Source: a bacterium (GTDB lineage: Bacteria > Krumholzibacteriota > Krumholzibacteriia > LZORAL124-64-63). From it: a stretch of DNA of 64,000 nucleotides. This document shows positions 49,475-58,309 of this stretch, one piece after another; position 1 is the stretch's first letter, and every line of letters begins with the position of its first letter. The stretch spans positions 1,873-65,872 of the forward strand of contig JAGRNP010000002.1 of the NCBI GenBank assembly GCA_020440705.1. Direction: 5' to 3'. Position numbers and translations under genes: made by a program. The notes under the pieces were generated by a model, which saw only the letters and a list, made by a program, of their open reading frames with translations, was not told the DNA's origin and did no database searches.

Positions 49475-49586
49475 TTTTGTCGCGTTTTTGCTTCCTGTAG
49501 CTCAAGGTGTTGCCAGGCAATGGGTTCTGTCGGGCCGGCGACAGCCGGCCGGGCCTGCTCGCGTTTTTGCTTGAAAGTTTGTCGCG
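49475..49586. repeat. direct repeats in a divergent promoter region
   Basis: A 14-nt perfect direct repeat TCGCGTTTTTGCTT at 49480-49493 and 49559-49572. TTTGTCGCG occurs at 49476-49484 and 49578-49586. A GC hairpin CGGGCCGGC-GACA-GCCGGCCGG at 49531-49552 lies between them. Confidence 0.5.
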
Positions 49587-49595
49587 CGGATCGAT

Positions 49596-50267
49596 ATGAC
49601 TGACGAATCACTCCGGTACTCGACGTGGACCCAGGGAGCCGCCATGAACGCCGCCGCCGACCTCGACCAGTTGCCGAACAGCGCCTTCCGCTACGACGCC
49701 CAGGACGGCCTGACCGAGTTCCTCGCCGGCGTGATGCTCTTCGTCGTGGCCCGGTCCATCGAGTCGCCGCACCTGGCCTGGGTGCCGGCCATGCTCGTCT
49801 TTCCCATGCGCTTCGGCCTGCGCTTCTTCAAGGAGCGCATCACCTGGCCGCGCATCGGCTACGTGAAGCTGCGCAGCGAGGAGAGGCCCGACTTCGGCCG
49901 CGGCGTGCTGGCCTACCTGGCCGCGGTGATCTTCCTCATGGCCTCGTTCCAGTGGATATTCGGCGACATCACGAGCTGGCGCAGCTGGATGAAGTGGCTG
50001 CCGCTGCTGGTGGCCGGATTCTGCTCGGGCGGCTTCGTGCACATGGCCCAGCGCACCGGCTTCGCGCGCCACTGGTTCCTGGTCGTCGTGTGCCTGGGCT
50101 GGGGCGTGGCCTGCTCCCTGATGGCGGTGCCGAGCGCCTACGAGGGCCTCAAGCGCTGGGCGCTCGGCCTCGGCCTCGTGAACCTGCTCATGGGTCTCGT
50201 CGTGCTGCTGGTCTTCATGCGCACCCATCCGGTGCGCGCGGCCGGGGCGGGCGACGGATCGCCCTGA
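49596..50267 (+). CDS. hypothetical integral membrane protein
   Basis: 223 aa with 5-6 hydrophobic helices and no known motif. An alternative start is ATG 49644. Confidence 0.5.
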   Translation: MTDESLRYSTWTQGAAMNAAADLDQLPNSAFRYDAQDGLTEFLAGVMLFVVARSIESPHLAWVPAMLVFPMRFGLRFFKERITWPRIGYVKLRSEERPDFGRGVLAYLAAVIFLMASFQWIFGDITSWRSWMKWLPLLVAGFCSGGFVHMAQRTGFARHWFLVVVCLGWGVACSLMAVPSAYEGLKRWALGLGLVNLLMGLVVLLVFMRTHPVRAAGAGDGSP

Positions 50268-50418
50268 TCCCGTCGCCGTGCCGGACGCCGGACCGATTGC
50301 CGGGTCCCTGACCCCACCCTATCATGTGCCCTGCCGCGCCGGTTGTCACAGCCGGCCGCGCGCCCGCATATCCGAGGGCAGAAGACACGAGACATCCCCA
50401 CCCGGAAAGGGCGCTCCC

Positions 50419-51027
50419 ATGAATCGCAATCGCCACCTGCTCGCGGCCGCCTTGCTCGCCGCGATCGTACTCGGAAGGACGAATGCCATGGCCGGATCGA
50501 AGACGGAGGTCGCCACCCTCGGCGGCGGCTGCTTCTGGTGCACCGAGGCGGTGTTCGAGGAGGTCGACGGCGTGAAGAAGGTCGTGTCCGGCTACGCCGG
50601 CGGCGACGGTCCCGCCGACTACAAGGCCGTCTGCTCGGGCACGACCGGCCATGCCGAATGCGTGCAGATCACCTACGACCCCGAGAAGATCGGCTACCGC
50701 GACATCCTGACGGTCTTCTTCCGCACCCACGATCCGACAACGCTGAACCGGCAGGGCGCCGACCGCGGCACCCAGTACCGCAGCGTCATCTTCGTGCACG
50801 ACGCCGAGCAGAAGAAGCTGGCCACCGAGGCCATCTCGATCCTGACGGCGGAGAAGGTCTTCGACAAGCCGATCGTCACCGAGATCGCGCCGTACGAAGG
50901 CTTCCATGCGGCCGAGGACTACCACCAGGACTACTACCGGAACAACAAGCAGCAGGGCTACTGCCAGGCGGTCATCTCGCCGAAGATGGCCAAGTTCCGC
51001 AAGGAGTTCGCCGACAAGCTGAAGTAG
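50419..51027 (+). CDS. msrA: peptide methionine sulfoxide reductase MsrA (secreted/periplasmic form)
   Basis: Signal peptide, then GGGCFWCTEAVF active site and the conserved HDPTT ... QG.D.G.QYRS core. Confidence 0.9.
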   Translation: MNRNRHLLAAALLAAIVLGRTNAMAGSKTEVATLGGGCFWCTEAVFEEVDGVKKVVSGYAGGDGPADYKAVCSGTTGHAECVQITYDPEKIGYRDILTVFFRTHDPTTLNRQGADRGTQYRSVIFVHDAEQKKLATEAISILTAEKVFDKPIVTEIAPYEGFHAAEDYHQDYYRNNKQQGYCQAVISPKMAKFRKEFADKLK

Positions 51028-51058
51028 ACCGGACCGCGCCGCGCGGCGTCCCCGGACG

Positions 51059-51096
51059 GCCCCTCCGCCTCCCCGGCGGAGGGGCCGTTCCCGTTT
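51059..51096 (+). terminator. terminator-like hairpin after msrA
   Basis: Perfect 12-bp stem GGCCCCTCCGCC/GGCGGAGGGGCC with loop TCCCC. Weak T tract (GTTCCCGTTT). Confidence 0.4.
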
Positions 51097-51235
51097 GAGG
51101 CGGCGGGAGTATTTTCGCCTTGTTTTCGCCATTGGTTGTGCTATCCTGATCCGACCCCCGCCCCCTGGCGGGGTGCGGCGCGTCGACTTCCGGCGGCCGC
51201 GGCGAGAGCCTTCCCCAGGAAACAGGACGAAGAAA

Positions 51236-51763
51236 ATGAACTGGACCGCACTTCTGACCAGTGAGATCAACGCCACCTACGCCGCCACCGACCGGATGAT
51301 GGGCCTGCTCACCGACGCCGACCTCGGCTGGAAGCCGGCCACCGGCGAGAACTGGATGACGGCCGGCCAACTCCTCAAGCATCTCGAGACCGCGTGCGGC
51401 ATGTGCTGCCAGGGTTTCGTGACCGGCGATTGGGGCATGCCGGACGACTGCGGCGACAAGCCCGAGGGAGCCGAGCCCCAGCTGCCCACGGCGGCGCAGC
51501 TCCCGGCCGCCACGAGCGTCGCCGCCGCCCGGGCGGCCCTCGAGGCCGACCGCAAGGTGGCCCTGCAGATGGTGGAGAAGGCGGGCGAGCAGAACCTCGA
51601 CACCCTCGAGACGGCCGCACCCTGGGAGCCCGACAACACCCGCCTCCTGGGCCATCACCTGCTGATCATGGTGCAGCATCTGGCCAGCCACAAATCGCAG
51701 CTCTTCTACTACCTGAAACTCATGGGGCGCAAGGTCGACACCATGACCCTGTGGGGCATGTAG
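51236..51763 (+). CDS. DinB/DUF664-like four-helix-bundle protein
   Basis: Start at MNWTALL. Metal-binding-like His pattern (LLKHLE ... HHLLIMVQHLASH). Weak family assignment. Confidence 0.45.
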   Translation: MNWTALLTSEINATYAATDRMMGLLTDADLGWKPATGENWMTAGQLLKHLETACGMCCQGFVTGDWGMPDDCGDKPEGAEPQLPTAAQLPAATSVAAARAALEADRKVALQMVEKAGEQNLDTLETAAPWEPDNTRLLGHHLLIMVQHLASHKSQLFYYLKLMGRKVDTMTLWGM

Positions 51764-51799
51764 TCCCCGCGACTTCCCGCGACGCGACGACGGGCCGGC

Positions 51800-53170
51800 C
51801 TACTTCAGGAGGCTGGCCCGTCGCGTCCGGGTGGTGCCGTCGGTCTCGTCGCGCAGCACGAAGACGTAGGTGCCGCTGGCCACCGCGCGCCCCTGCGCGT
51901 CGGTGCCCCGCCAGGTCGCCTCGTGCGGCCGGGCGTCGCCTTCGCCCCGCCACAGGGTGGTGATCCGGCGGCCGCGGGCGTCGCAGATCTCGACGCGACC
52001 GCGGTGGCCGGCGGGCAGGGCGAAGCGGAAGGTCGCCGCCGGGTTGAAGGGGTTCGGGAAGGGCTGGTCGAGCCCGCCGGACGCGGGCTGGTCGGGCACG
52101 GGCACGACGATGGGGCAGCGCCAGGGCAGGCCCAGGACGTCGGCGCCCTTGGCCACCGCCAGGAAGTCGCCGGCCTTGGCGAGCTTCTGCAGGGGGGCGT
52201 GCAGCACCGTGGCCAGCAGCACCGGCCGGCGGCCCTCGGCGAGCTGGAAGAGCTGCACGTCGTCGAGGTAGTCGACCCCGAACGGCTCGACCCGCGCGCT
52301 CAGCACGTAGGCGAAGTCGCCGTGCACGAGCACCTGGACGCCCTCGCCGGAAAGGGGCGAGACGCTGCGCCACGTGGGCAGCGCGGGGTCGGTGATGTCG
52401 ATGCGCACGAGTCCGGCCGTGGGGCTGGCGAGCAGGGCCTGGTCGCCCCACAGGGCCACGTCGTAGGCGTTCCCGCCGGCGGGCGCCTGGCCGAGCAGCG
52501 TCGGCGCCTCGGGCAGGGTCAGGTCGAGCACCGCCAGGCCCAGCGTGCCGTTGGCCACGAACGCCGTCTCGTCGCGCAGCTCCACCGCCATGGCCTGGCC
52601 CACGCGCAGGGCGCCGATGCGCTCGGGCGCGGTGCGGTTCGCCGTCGACCAGGTGCGGATCGAATCCCACTCCGCGCTCACCAGCACGTCGCGTTCGGCG
52701 TCCCAGGCGATGTCCCGGCACGAGCCGTTGGTGGGGAGCGTCGCGACCAGCACCGGAGCGGCCAGGTTCGCCAGGTCGACCACGAGGATGCCCCCGGGGC
52801 CGGCCGCCACATAGGCCGCGTCGCCGGCCAGCACGATCGCCTCGGGAAACACCGCGAGCGCCAGCTGGGCCTGCAGTTCCCGCACCGGATTGCCCCCGGT
52901 CTCCGGCCCGAAGATGCTGAGGAAGGGATAGTCCGGGCCCCAGCCGTTGACGTCGAAGCCGCCGATGATCGCGCGGTCGGCGGCGTAAACCTGGGCCGTC
53001 GGCTCGTCCAGCCAATGCACGTAGGAGCGGATCGTCCAGGCGGTCGGGGCGTATTCGCTCGTCCAGACGGCGCAGTCCCAGGCGGCGGCTCCGCCGGCGA
53101 GAACCACCAGCAGGCAGACGATCACGCCAGACGTCCGGGGACGACGGCGCACGAACGGGCGGCATGACAT
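51800..53170 (-). CDS. beta-propeller (LVIVD-repeat-like) protein with T9SS-type C-terminal sorting domain
   Basis: Signal/TM helix. Repeated LVVDLAN / AVLDLT / LVRIDITDP blades. C-terminal FlgD-Ig/T9SS domain (FPNPFNPAATFRF ... SGTYVFVLRDE ... ASLLK). Confidence 0.6.
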   Translation of the reverse strand: MSCRPFVRRRPRTSGVIVCLLVVLAGGAAAWDCAVWTSEYAPTAWTIRSYVHWLDEPTAQVYAADRAIIGGFDVNGWGPDYPFLSIFGPETGGNPVRELQAQLALAVFPEAIVLAGDAAYVAAGPGGILVVDLANLAAPVLVATLPTNGSCRDIAWDAERDVLVSAEWDSIRTWSTANRTAPERIGALRVGQAMAVELRDETAFVANGTLGLAVLDLTLPEAPTLLGQAPAGGNAYDVALWGDQALLASPTAGLVRIDITDPALPTWRSVSPLSGEGVQVLVHGDFAYVLSARVEPFGVDYLDDVQLFQLAEGRRPVLLATVLHAPLQKLAKAGDFLAVAKGADVLGLPWRCPIVVPVPDQPASGGLDQPFPNPFNPAATFRFALPAGHRGRVEICDARGRRITTLWRGEGDARPHEATWRGTDAQGRAVASGTYVFVLRDETDGTTRTRRASLLK

Positions 53171-53212
53171 GAGCGATCCCCTTTCGTGAAGCCGGACGCT
53201 CCACGGGGATGA

Positions 53213-55276
53213 TTATAGGGAATCGGAATCGCCCGTGGCAATGAACCCGTCGTCCTGGGCGGCCGGATCCTCGTCCGTCCGGGCGGCCAGGCCCCGCAGC
53301 AGCGCCCGCACGTCGCGCACGCCGCCCCAGGTGAACCACACCAGCAGCGCGGCGGCCACGACGAGCTCGAGCCACAGCTTCGTGTGCCAGAAGGCGAGCC
53401 AGGCCGAGTCGTAGTTCGCCCAGGCCGCGCCGGCGGCATGGCGCGAGAGCATGAAGACCGTGCCGACGGCGAAGACCACCACCCACAGCAGGCTCCAGCC
53501 GTAGGTCAGCACGTACAGCACCTTGTCGCGGCGGCTGAACTCGTCGGTGACGGCCAGGGCGCGCCAGCCCCGCGCCACCGCGCCGGCGCCGCGCTCGACC
53601 TCGCCCGCGATCTCGTGGGCGCCGCGGTGCAGCAGGCGATCGAGGTCGAAGGGCTCCTGCCGGCCCAGGTACTTCTGGCCGAGGGAGACCAGCACGTACA
53701 GCGCCGAGCACACCCACATGGACCAGCCCCACATCTCCTGGCCGTTGGGCAGGTGGGCCTCGACCCAGGCCGCCGCCGCGCCGGCGCGCTCGGCGCCGAG
53801 CCCGTCGAGCAGGCCCCAGAACGCGACCCCGTCGTCGCGCCACACGCGCTGGGCCTGCTCGAGCACGAAGCCGGTCAGGGTGAGGGTCACGCCGGCGGTG
53901 CAGGCGGTCCAGGCCGCCGCCGTGGTGCCCCAGCTCGTGTACAGGCCGCCGATGATCACGGCGCCCGACCACCCCGCGAAGATGGCGCCGGTCAGGGCGA
54001 AGAAGAGCATGATCGCCTGGCTCTGCTTGTAGAAGAGGCTGAACACGAAGATGAACAGGGCCACGCCGACCACCGCCCCGCGCAGCAGGCGCAGGTGGGC
54101 GCGCGGCGAGAGCGGTTCGCGGCGGAAGGGCATCACCACGTCCTGCACGAAGATGCTGCTCCACGAATGCAGGTACGTGTTGTGGGTCGAGATGAAGGCG
54201 CCCACCATCATGGCCGCGAAGGCGCCGAGCAGGCCCGCGGGCAGCAGCGTGGCCAGGACGACCGGTCCCCGCATCTGGCTGCGCACGGCGTCGTTGTCGA
54301 GGGGGGCGAGGGAGGCGCGCACCTGCTCGGCCACGCCGCTCCAGTCCGGATGGTGCATCACGGTGAAGATGAGGATGGGGATGAGGGTCAGGAACGTCTC
54401 CTGGGCCCGGATGCGCCACAGGGAGAGCACGCCGCCCATCTTGCCCTCGTGGGCCGTGCGCGCCGAGGCGTAGTAGGCCTGGGTGCCCTGCCAGCTCATG
54501 GCGCCGTAGAGCAGACCGATGGCCCCGATGGCGAAGTAGCCGAAGTTGAAGTCGCCGACCTGGCCCGTGTCGAACGGATTGATCTTCGACATGCCCGCCG
54601 GCGCCTGCACCATGACCTCGCCCACGTCGTGCCAGCCGATCTTCAACAGCAGGAACAGCGACACCGCCAGGAAGACGAGGCTGGCGAAGGCGCCCTGGAT
54701 GAAGTCGGTCAGCATCACGGCCACCTGGCCGCCCGCGAAGACGAACCACACGGCCGTGGCCAGCAGCAGCGCCATGAGCGCGGGGAAGGCGGGCAGCGCC
54801 AGCGGGCCCAGATGCCACACCTCGGGCAGGCCCAGGTACTGGATGAAGAAGCGCGCCCCGACGGCGGGGAAGATGCCGAAGTTGATCAGGCCCGCCCCGA
54901 AGGCGACGGTGCCGGCGACCACGCGGAAGCGGCGCGAGTAGCGGCGTTCGAAGAACTCGGCGAGGGTCAGGGCGCGGGTGCGGCGGAAGCGGTAGGTGAC
55001 CCAGCCCGTCACCATCACGGCCAGGTTCACCAGGGCGGTGGTGAAGCCCCACCAGTACTGGGCGAAGCCGGCCTCGTAGCCCATCTCGAGGTAGGCCACC
55101 ACGGTGATGGCGCCGAGCGCGGCGATGCCCTGGGCGACGGTCAGCAGGTAGCGTCCGGCGAGGCGGCCGGCCGCCAGGTAGTCGGCGACACCGCGCATGC
55201 GCGAACGCGTGCGCTGCACGACGAGGATGATCGCGGCGTACATGACGACGACGATGGCCCAGTCGAAGAGGGTCAT
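53213..55276 (-). CDS. sodium:solute symporter (SSS) family transporter, extended C-terminus
   Basis: 687 aa with about 15 TM helices. The N-terminal region matches SSS-family topology (GRLAGRYLLTVA..., FAGG). Confidence 0.8.
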   Translation of the reverse strand: MTLFDWAIVVVMYAAIILVVQRTRSRMRGVADYLAAGRLAGRYLLTVAQGIAALGAITVVAYLEMGYEAGFAQYWWGFTTALVNLAVMVTGWVTYRFRRTRALTLAEFFERRYSRRFRVVAGTVAFGAGLINFGIFPAVGARFFIQYLGLPEVWHLGPLALPAFPALMALLLATAVWFVFAGGQVAVMLTDFIQGAFASLVFLAVSLFLLLKIGWHDVGEVMVQAPAGMSKINPFDTGQVGDFNFGYFAIGAIGLLYGAMSWQGTQAYYASARTAHEGKMGGVLSLWRIRAQETFLTLIPILIFTVMHHPDWSGVAEQVRASLAPLDNDAVRSQMRGPVVLATLLPAGLLGAFAAMMVGAFISTHNTYLHSWSSIFVQDVVMPFRREPLSPRAHLRLLRGAVVGVALFIFVFSLFYKQSQAIMLFFALTGAIFAGWSGAVIIGGLYTSWGTTAAAWTACTAGVTLTLTGFVLEQAQRVWRDDGVAFWGLLDGLGAERAGAAAAWVEAHLPNGQEMWGWSMWVCSALYVLVSLGQKYLGRQEPFDLDRLLHRGAHEIAGEVERGAGAVARGWRALAVTDEFSRRDKVLYVLTYGWSLLWVVVFAVGTVFMLSRHAAGAAWANYDSAWLAFWHTKLWLELVVAAALLVWFTWGGVRDVRALLRGLAARTDEDPAAQDDGFIATGDSDSL

Positions 55277-55294
55277 GGCGGGTCCGGATCCATG

Positions 55295-55945
55295 TCAGAA
55301 GAGTCGCGGCTCCTCGAGACGGGCGCTGTCGCCCAGGGTGTGGCCCTCGAGCCGCAGCAGGCGGGCCTTGGTGGTGATGCCGGCGGCGAAGCCCACCAGG
55401 GTGCCGTCCTGTCCGACGACGCGGTGGCAGGGCACCACGATGGGCAGGGGGTTGTGGCCCGCGGCCTGGCCCACCGCCCGCGTGGCCTTGGGCTGCTGCA
55501 GGGCCCGCGCCACCTCGCCGTAGGTGCGCGTCTTGCCGTACGGGATCTTCAGCAGCTCGCGCCACACCCGCACCTGGAACGCCGTGCCCCGCAGGTCGAG
55601 CGCGAGATCGAACGCCGTGCGGCGGCCCACGAAATAGGCGGCGAGCTGGTCGGTCAGCTCGGCGAAGGCGGCCGGGTCTTCGCGCACCGGGAGGGTCGTG
55701 GGCGCGGTCTCGCCGCCCGCGGCCGCTGCATCGGCCGCCGCTTCGGATGCCGCTTCGGATGCCACTCCGGAAGACACTCCGGAAGACGAGCCGGAAGACG
55801 AGCCGGCCAGCCCGCGGGCCACGGCGTGGGCGCGCGTGTGGTACTCCCAGGCCCGCGGCAGGAACTCCAGGTGGACGAGGCCCCGTTCGCCCATCACGGC
55901 GAGCAGGGGATCGACGGCGGTTCTGAGCAGCGCGTAGCGCACCAT
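55295..55945 (-). CDS. ogt: methylated-DNA--protein-cysteine methyltransferase (Ogt/MGMT) with low-complexity Ser/Gly/Ala linker
   Basis: Active-site PCHRVV. DNA-binding HTH (IPYGKTRTYGEVA). The start was placed at the MVRYALL ATG. A GSSSGSSSGVSSGVASEAASEAA linker sits between the N- and C-domains. Confidence 0.8.
   Translation of the reverse strand: MVRYALLRTAVDPLLAVMGERGLVHLEFLPRAWEYHTRAHAVARGLAGSSSGSSSGVSSGVASEAASEAAADAAAAGGETAPTTLPVREDPAAFAELTDQLAAYFVGRRTAFDLALDLRGTAFQVRVWRELLKIPYGKTRTYGEVARALQQPKATRAVGQAAGHNPLPIVVPCHRVVGQDGTLVGFAAGITTKARLLRLEGHTLGDSARLEEPRLF
55740..55812. repeat. imperfect 12-nt tandem repeats inside ogt coding sequence
   Basis: GCTTCGGATGCC x2, ACTCCGGAAGAC x2, GAGCCGGAAGAC(G). 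They encode the Ser/Gly/Ala-rich linker. Confidence 0.6.
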
Positions 55946-56131
55946 GCGGCCACCTCCGCCGACCATCCTACCAGAAACGCGGCGCGAGGGGGCGATCGGA
56001 TGCTGTGCCCACATCCGACGCCCACAAGGTGGTCGACAGCCCGCGCAGCGCCGGTGTAACGTGGACGGCGCCGAACCGACACCCCGCGCCCCCTCACCGA
56101 ACGGCCGCCCGGCGGCCCCGGAAGTGGAATC

Positions 56132-57658
56132 ATGGACACCCGGACCGCCAGCCCCATCGGACGCCGCGCCCTGCTGGGGGCCGGCGTCGCCCTGCTCCTG
56201 CTCGTGCTGCACGGCCTGCTCTTCCGCTTCGTCATCGACGACGCCTTCATCTCCTTCCGCTACGCCCGCAACCTGGTCGCCGGCGAGGGTCTGGTCTTCA
56301 ATCCGGGCGAGCGGGTCGAGGGCTACAGCAACCTGCTCTACGTGCTGCTGAGCGCGGCGGGGCTGAAGCTCGGCTGCGATCCCCTGCTGTGGGGCCGCAT
56401 CTGGAGCACCGCCGCGGCGGGCGCCCTGCTCGCGCTGCTGCCCGGCGCGGTGCGGGCGCTGGCACCCGATGCGGGCCCGCGGGGCGAGGCCGCCGGCCGT
56501 CTGGCCCAGTTCCTGGTGGCGGCGACCGGCGCGGTGGCCTGCTGGATGCTCGGCGGCCTGGAGACCGTCTTCTTCGCGGCCTTCGCCGTGGCGGCCTGGC
56601 GCGGCGCCCTGGCCCGCGACGCCGTGGCCGCGGCGGTGGCGGGGGTCCTGCTGGTGCTGACCCGTCCGGAGGGGCCGGGTCTGGCCGTGCTGTTCCTGGC
56701 CTGGGCCCTGCTGCCCGGCGCCGGCGCCCACGCCGCGGCGCCCCGCCGGCGGTCCTGGGCGGGTCCGGCGATCCTGCTCGGGGGCCTGGCCGCCTTCCTC
56801 CTCTGGCGCCACCAGTACTTCGGCCTCTGGCTGCCCAACACCTACTACGCCAAGACGGGCGACCTGCCGGGCCAGCTCCGCACGGGGTGGCCCTACGCCG
56901 TGGGCTTCCTGCTCTTCTACGGCCTGCCCCTCGCCGCGGCGGCCGCCGTCGCCCTGCGCCAGGGGGCCGGCGCGGTGCTGCGCCGTCGCGACGTGGGCCT
57001 GAGCTTCGCCGTGGCCGGGGTCTGGCTGGTCTATGCCACCGTGGTGGGCGGCGACTCCCTCGGCATGTACCGTTTCCTGGTGCCGGTGCTGCCTGTGCTG
57101 ACGACCACGGTCGCGGCGCTCTTCACCGTGTCGCCCTGGCTCGCGCGCCGGGGCCCGGCGGCGATCCTCACCGCCGTACTCGTGGTCGCGCTGCTGCCCG
57201 CCTCCTTCGCCGGACGCGAGCGCCGCCTCGTCGACCTGCACAGGGGCGAGGCCAACCTCGGCGGCTGGATCCTCGCGGGCGACGCCATGGCCGCGCAGCT
57301 GCCGCCGGGATCGACCATCGCCCTCGGCCCGGCCGGCTACATCCCCTGGGCCACCGGCTTCCGCACCTGGGACTTCTACGGCATCATCGAGCCCCACATC
57401 GCGCATCAGCGGGTGACCTTCGAGTTCGGCTACGCGGGGCACGAGAAGCACGACGGGGCCTACATCGTCTCGCAGCGGCCCGACTACATCCTGATCGGCA
57501 ACGTCGACATCACCGACCGGCCGCGCACGCAGCTGATCCCGCCGCACCGCCGCGAAGTCGACATCGTGACGGACAAGCGCTTCCAGGCCGAATACGAGCA
57601 GATCCACCTGCCCGTGGCCGGCGGCAAGTACCTCAACCTGTTCCGGCGCAAGCCGTGA
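56132..57658 (+). CDS. GT-C-fold membrane glycosyltransferase-like protein (ArnT/PMT-like)
   Basis: About 11 TM helices. An acidic DD motif sits in the first extracytoplasmic loop (FVIDDAFISFRYARN). A soluble C-terminal domain follows. Confidence 0.55.
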   Translation: MDTRTASPIGRRALLGAGVALLLLVLHGLLFRFVIDDAFISFRYARNLVAGEGLVFNPGERVEGYSNLLYVLLSAAGLKLGCDPLLWGRIWSTAAAGALLALLPGAVRALAPDAGPRGEAAGRLAQFLVAATGAVACWMLGGLETVFFAAFAVAAWRGALARDAVAAAVAGVLLVLTRPEGPGLAVLFLAWALLPGAGAHAAAPRRRSWAGPAILLGGLAAFLLWRHQYFGLWLPNTYYAKTGDLPGQLRTGWPYAVGFLLFYGLPLAAAAAVALRQGAGAVLRRRDVGLSFAVAGVWLVYATVVGGDSLGMYRFLVPVLPVLTTTVAALFTVSPWLARRGPAAILTAVLVVALLPASFAGRERRLVDLHRGEANLGGWILAGDAMAAQLPPGSTIALGPAGYIPWATGFRTWDFYGIIEPHIAHQRVTFEFGYAGHEKHDGAYIVSQRPDYILIGNVDITDRPRTQLIPPHRREVDIVTDKRFQAEYEQIHLPVAGGKYLNLFRRKP

Positions 57659-57684
57659 GCGGCACCGCCCGCGAGGAGATTCCG

Positions 57685-58233
57685 ATGCCCCGACTCTTCG
57701 CCGTCCTGCTCGGTGGAAACTGCGCGCCGCGCAGCAACATCGAGCTGCACGACATCGTCTTCGTCGCCGGCGAGTCGCTCGCCGAGACCTACCCCCGACT
57801 GCTCGAACTCTGGTTCGGCACGCCTGCGGGCCTGCACGTCGACTCGTGGCTCGAGCTGGCGGTCGTCGACGGGCACCGGATCGTGCTCGGCCGCGATCCG
57901 GCGGCGGCGGGCGCGAAGCTCTTCTTCGTCAATCTCGGCGGCTACCGCGCCGGCGAGTTCGCCGAGCTCCACGCCCGCACCTTCGTCGTGGCCGCCTCGG
58001 CCGACGAGGCCAAGGAACGCGCCAAGGCGACGCTCATGGGCGACTGCGAGTCGGTCCACACCGACGACCTCTACGACGTGGACGAAGTCCTCGAGGTGGG
58101 CGTGGTCGGGGAGTGGCACGTGGGTCTCGAGCCCGGCGCCGTTCCCGTGCCCCTCGAGCCCCACAACGGGTGGCTGCCCCTGCCCGAGGAGCTCATCGCG
58201 GCCTTCGCGGCGCGACGGCCGGACGCCCGCTAG
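57685..58233 (+). CDS. DUF1543-domain protein
   Basis: ATG 57685 after a GAGGAG SD. MPRLFAVLLGG ... HDIVFVAG ... LW pattern typical of DUF1543. Confidence 0.5.
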   Translation: MPRLFAVLLGGNCAPRSNIELHDIVFVAGESLAETYPRLLELWFGTPAGLHVDSWLELAVVDGHRIVLGRDPAAAGAKLFFVNLGGYRAGEFAELHARTFVVAASADEAKERAKATLMGDCESVHTDDLYDVDEVLEVGVVGEWHVGLEPGAVPVPLEPHNGWLPLPEELIAAFAARRPDAR

Positions 58234-58309
58234 TTTGCCGCCGCGGCGCGGATTGGCGATCTTGATCGGCGCGGATCCCCCGCCGCTCCCGTCGACCCCG
58301 GAGGACTTC

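Noticed and set aside
51720-55565. 1281-aa minus-strand ORF and 891-aa plus-strand ORF (53384..56059) spanning the SSS transporter and ogt genes
   Set aside because: They overlap genes with clear transporter TM topology and the MGMT active site. The translations are Arg/Pro/Gly-rich with no domains.
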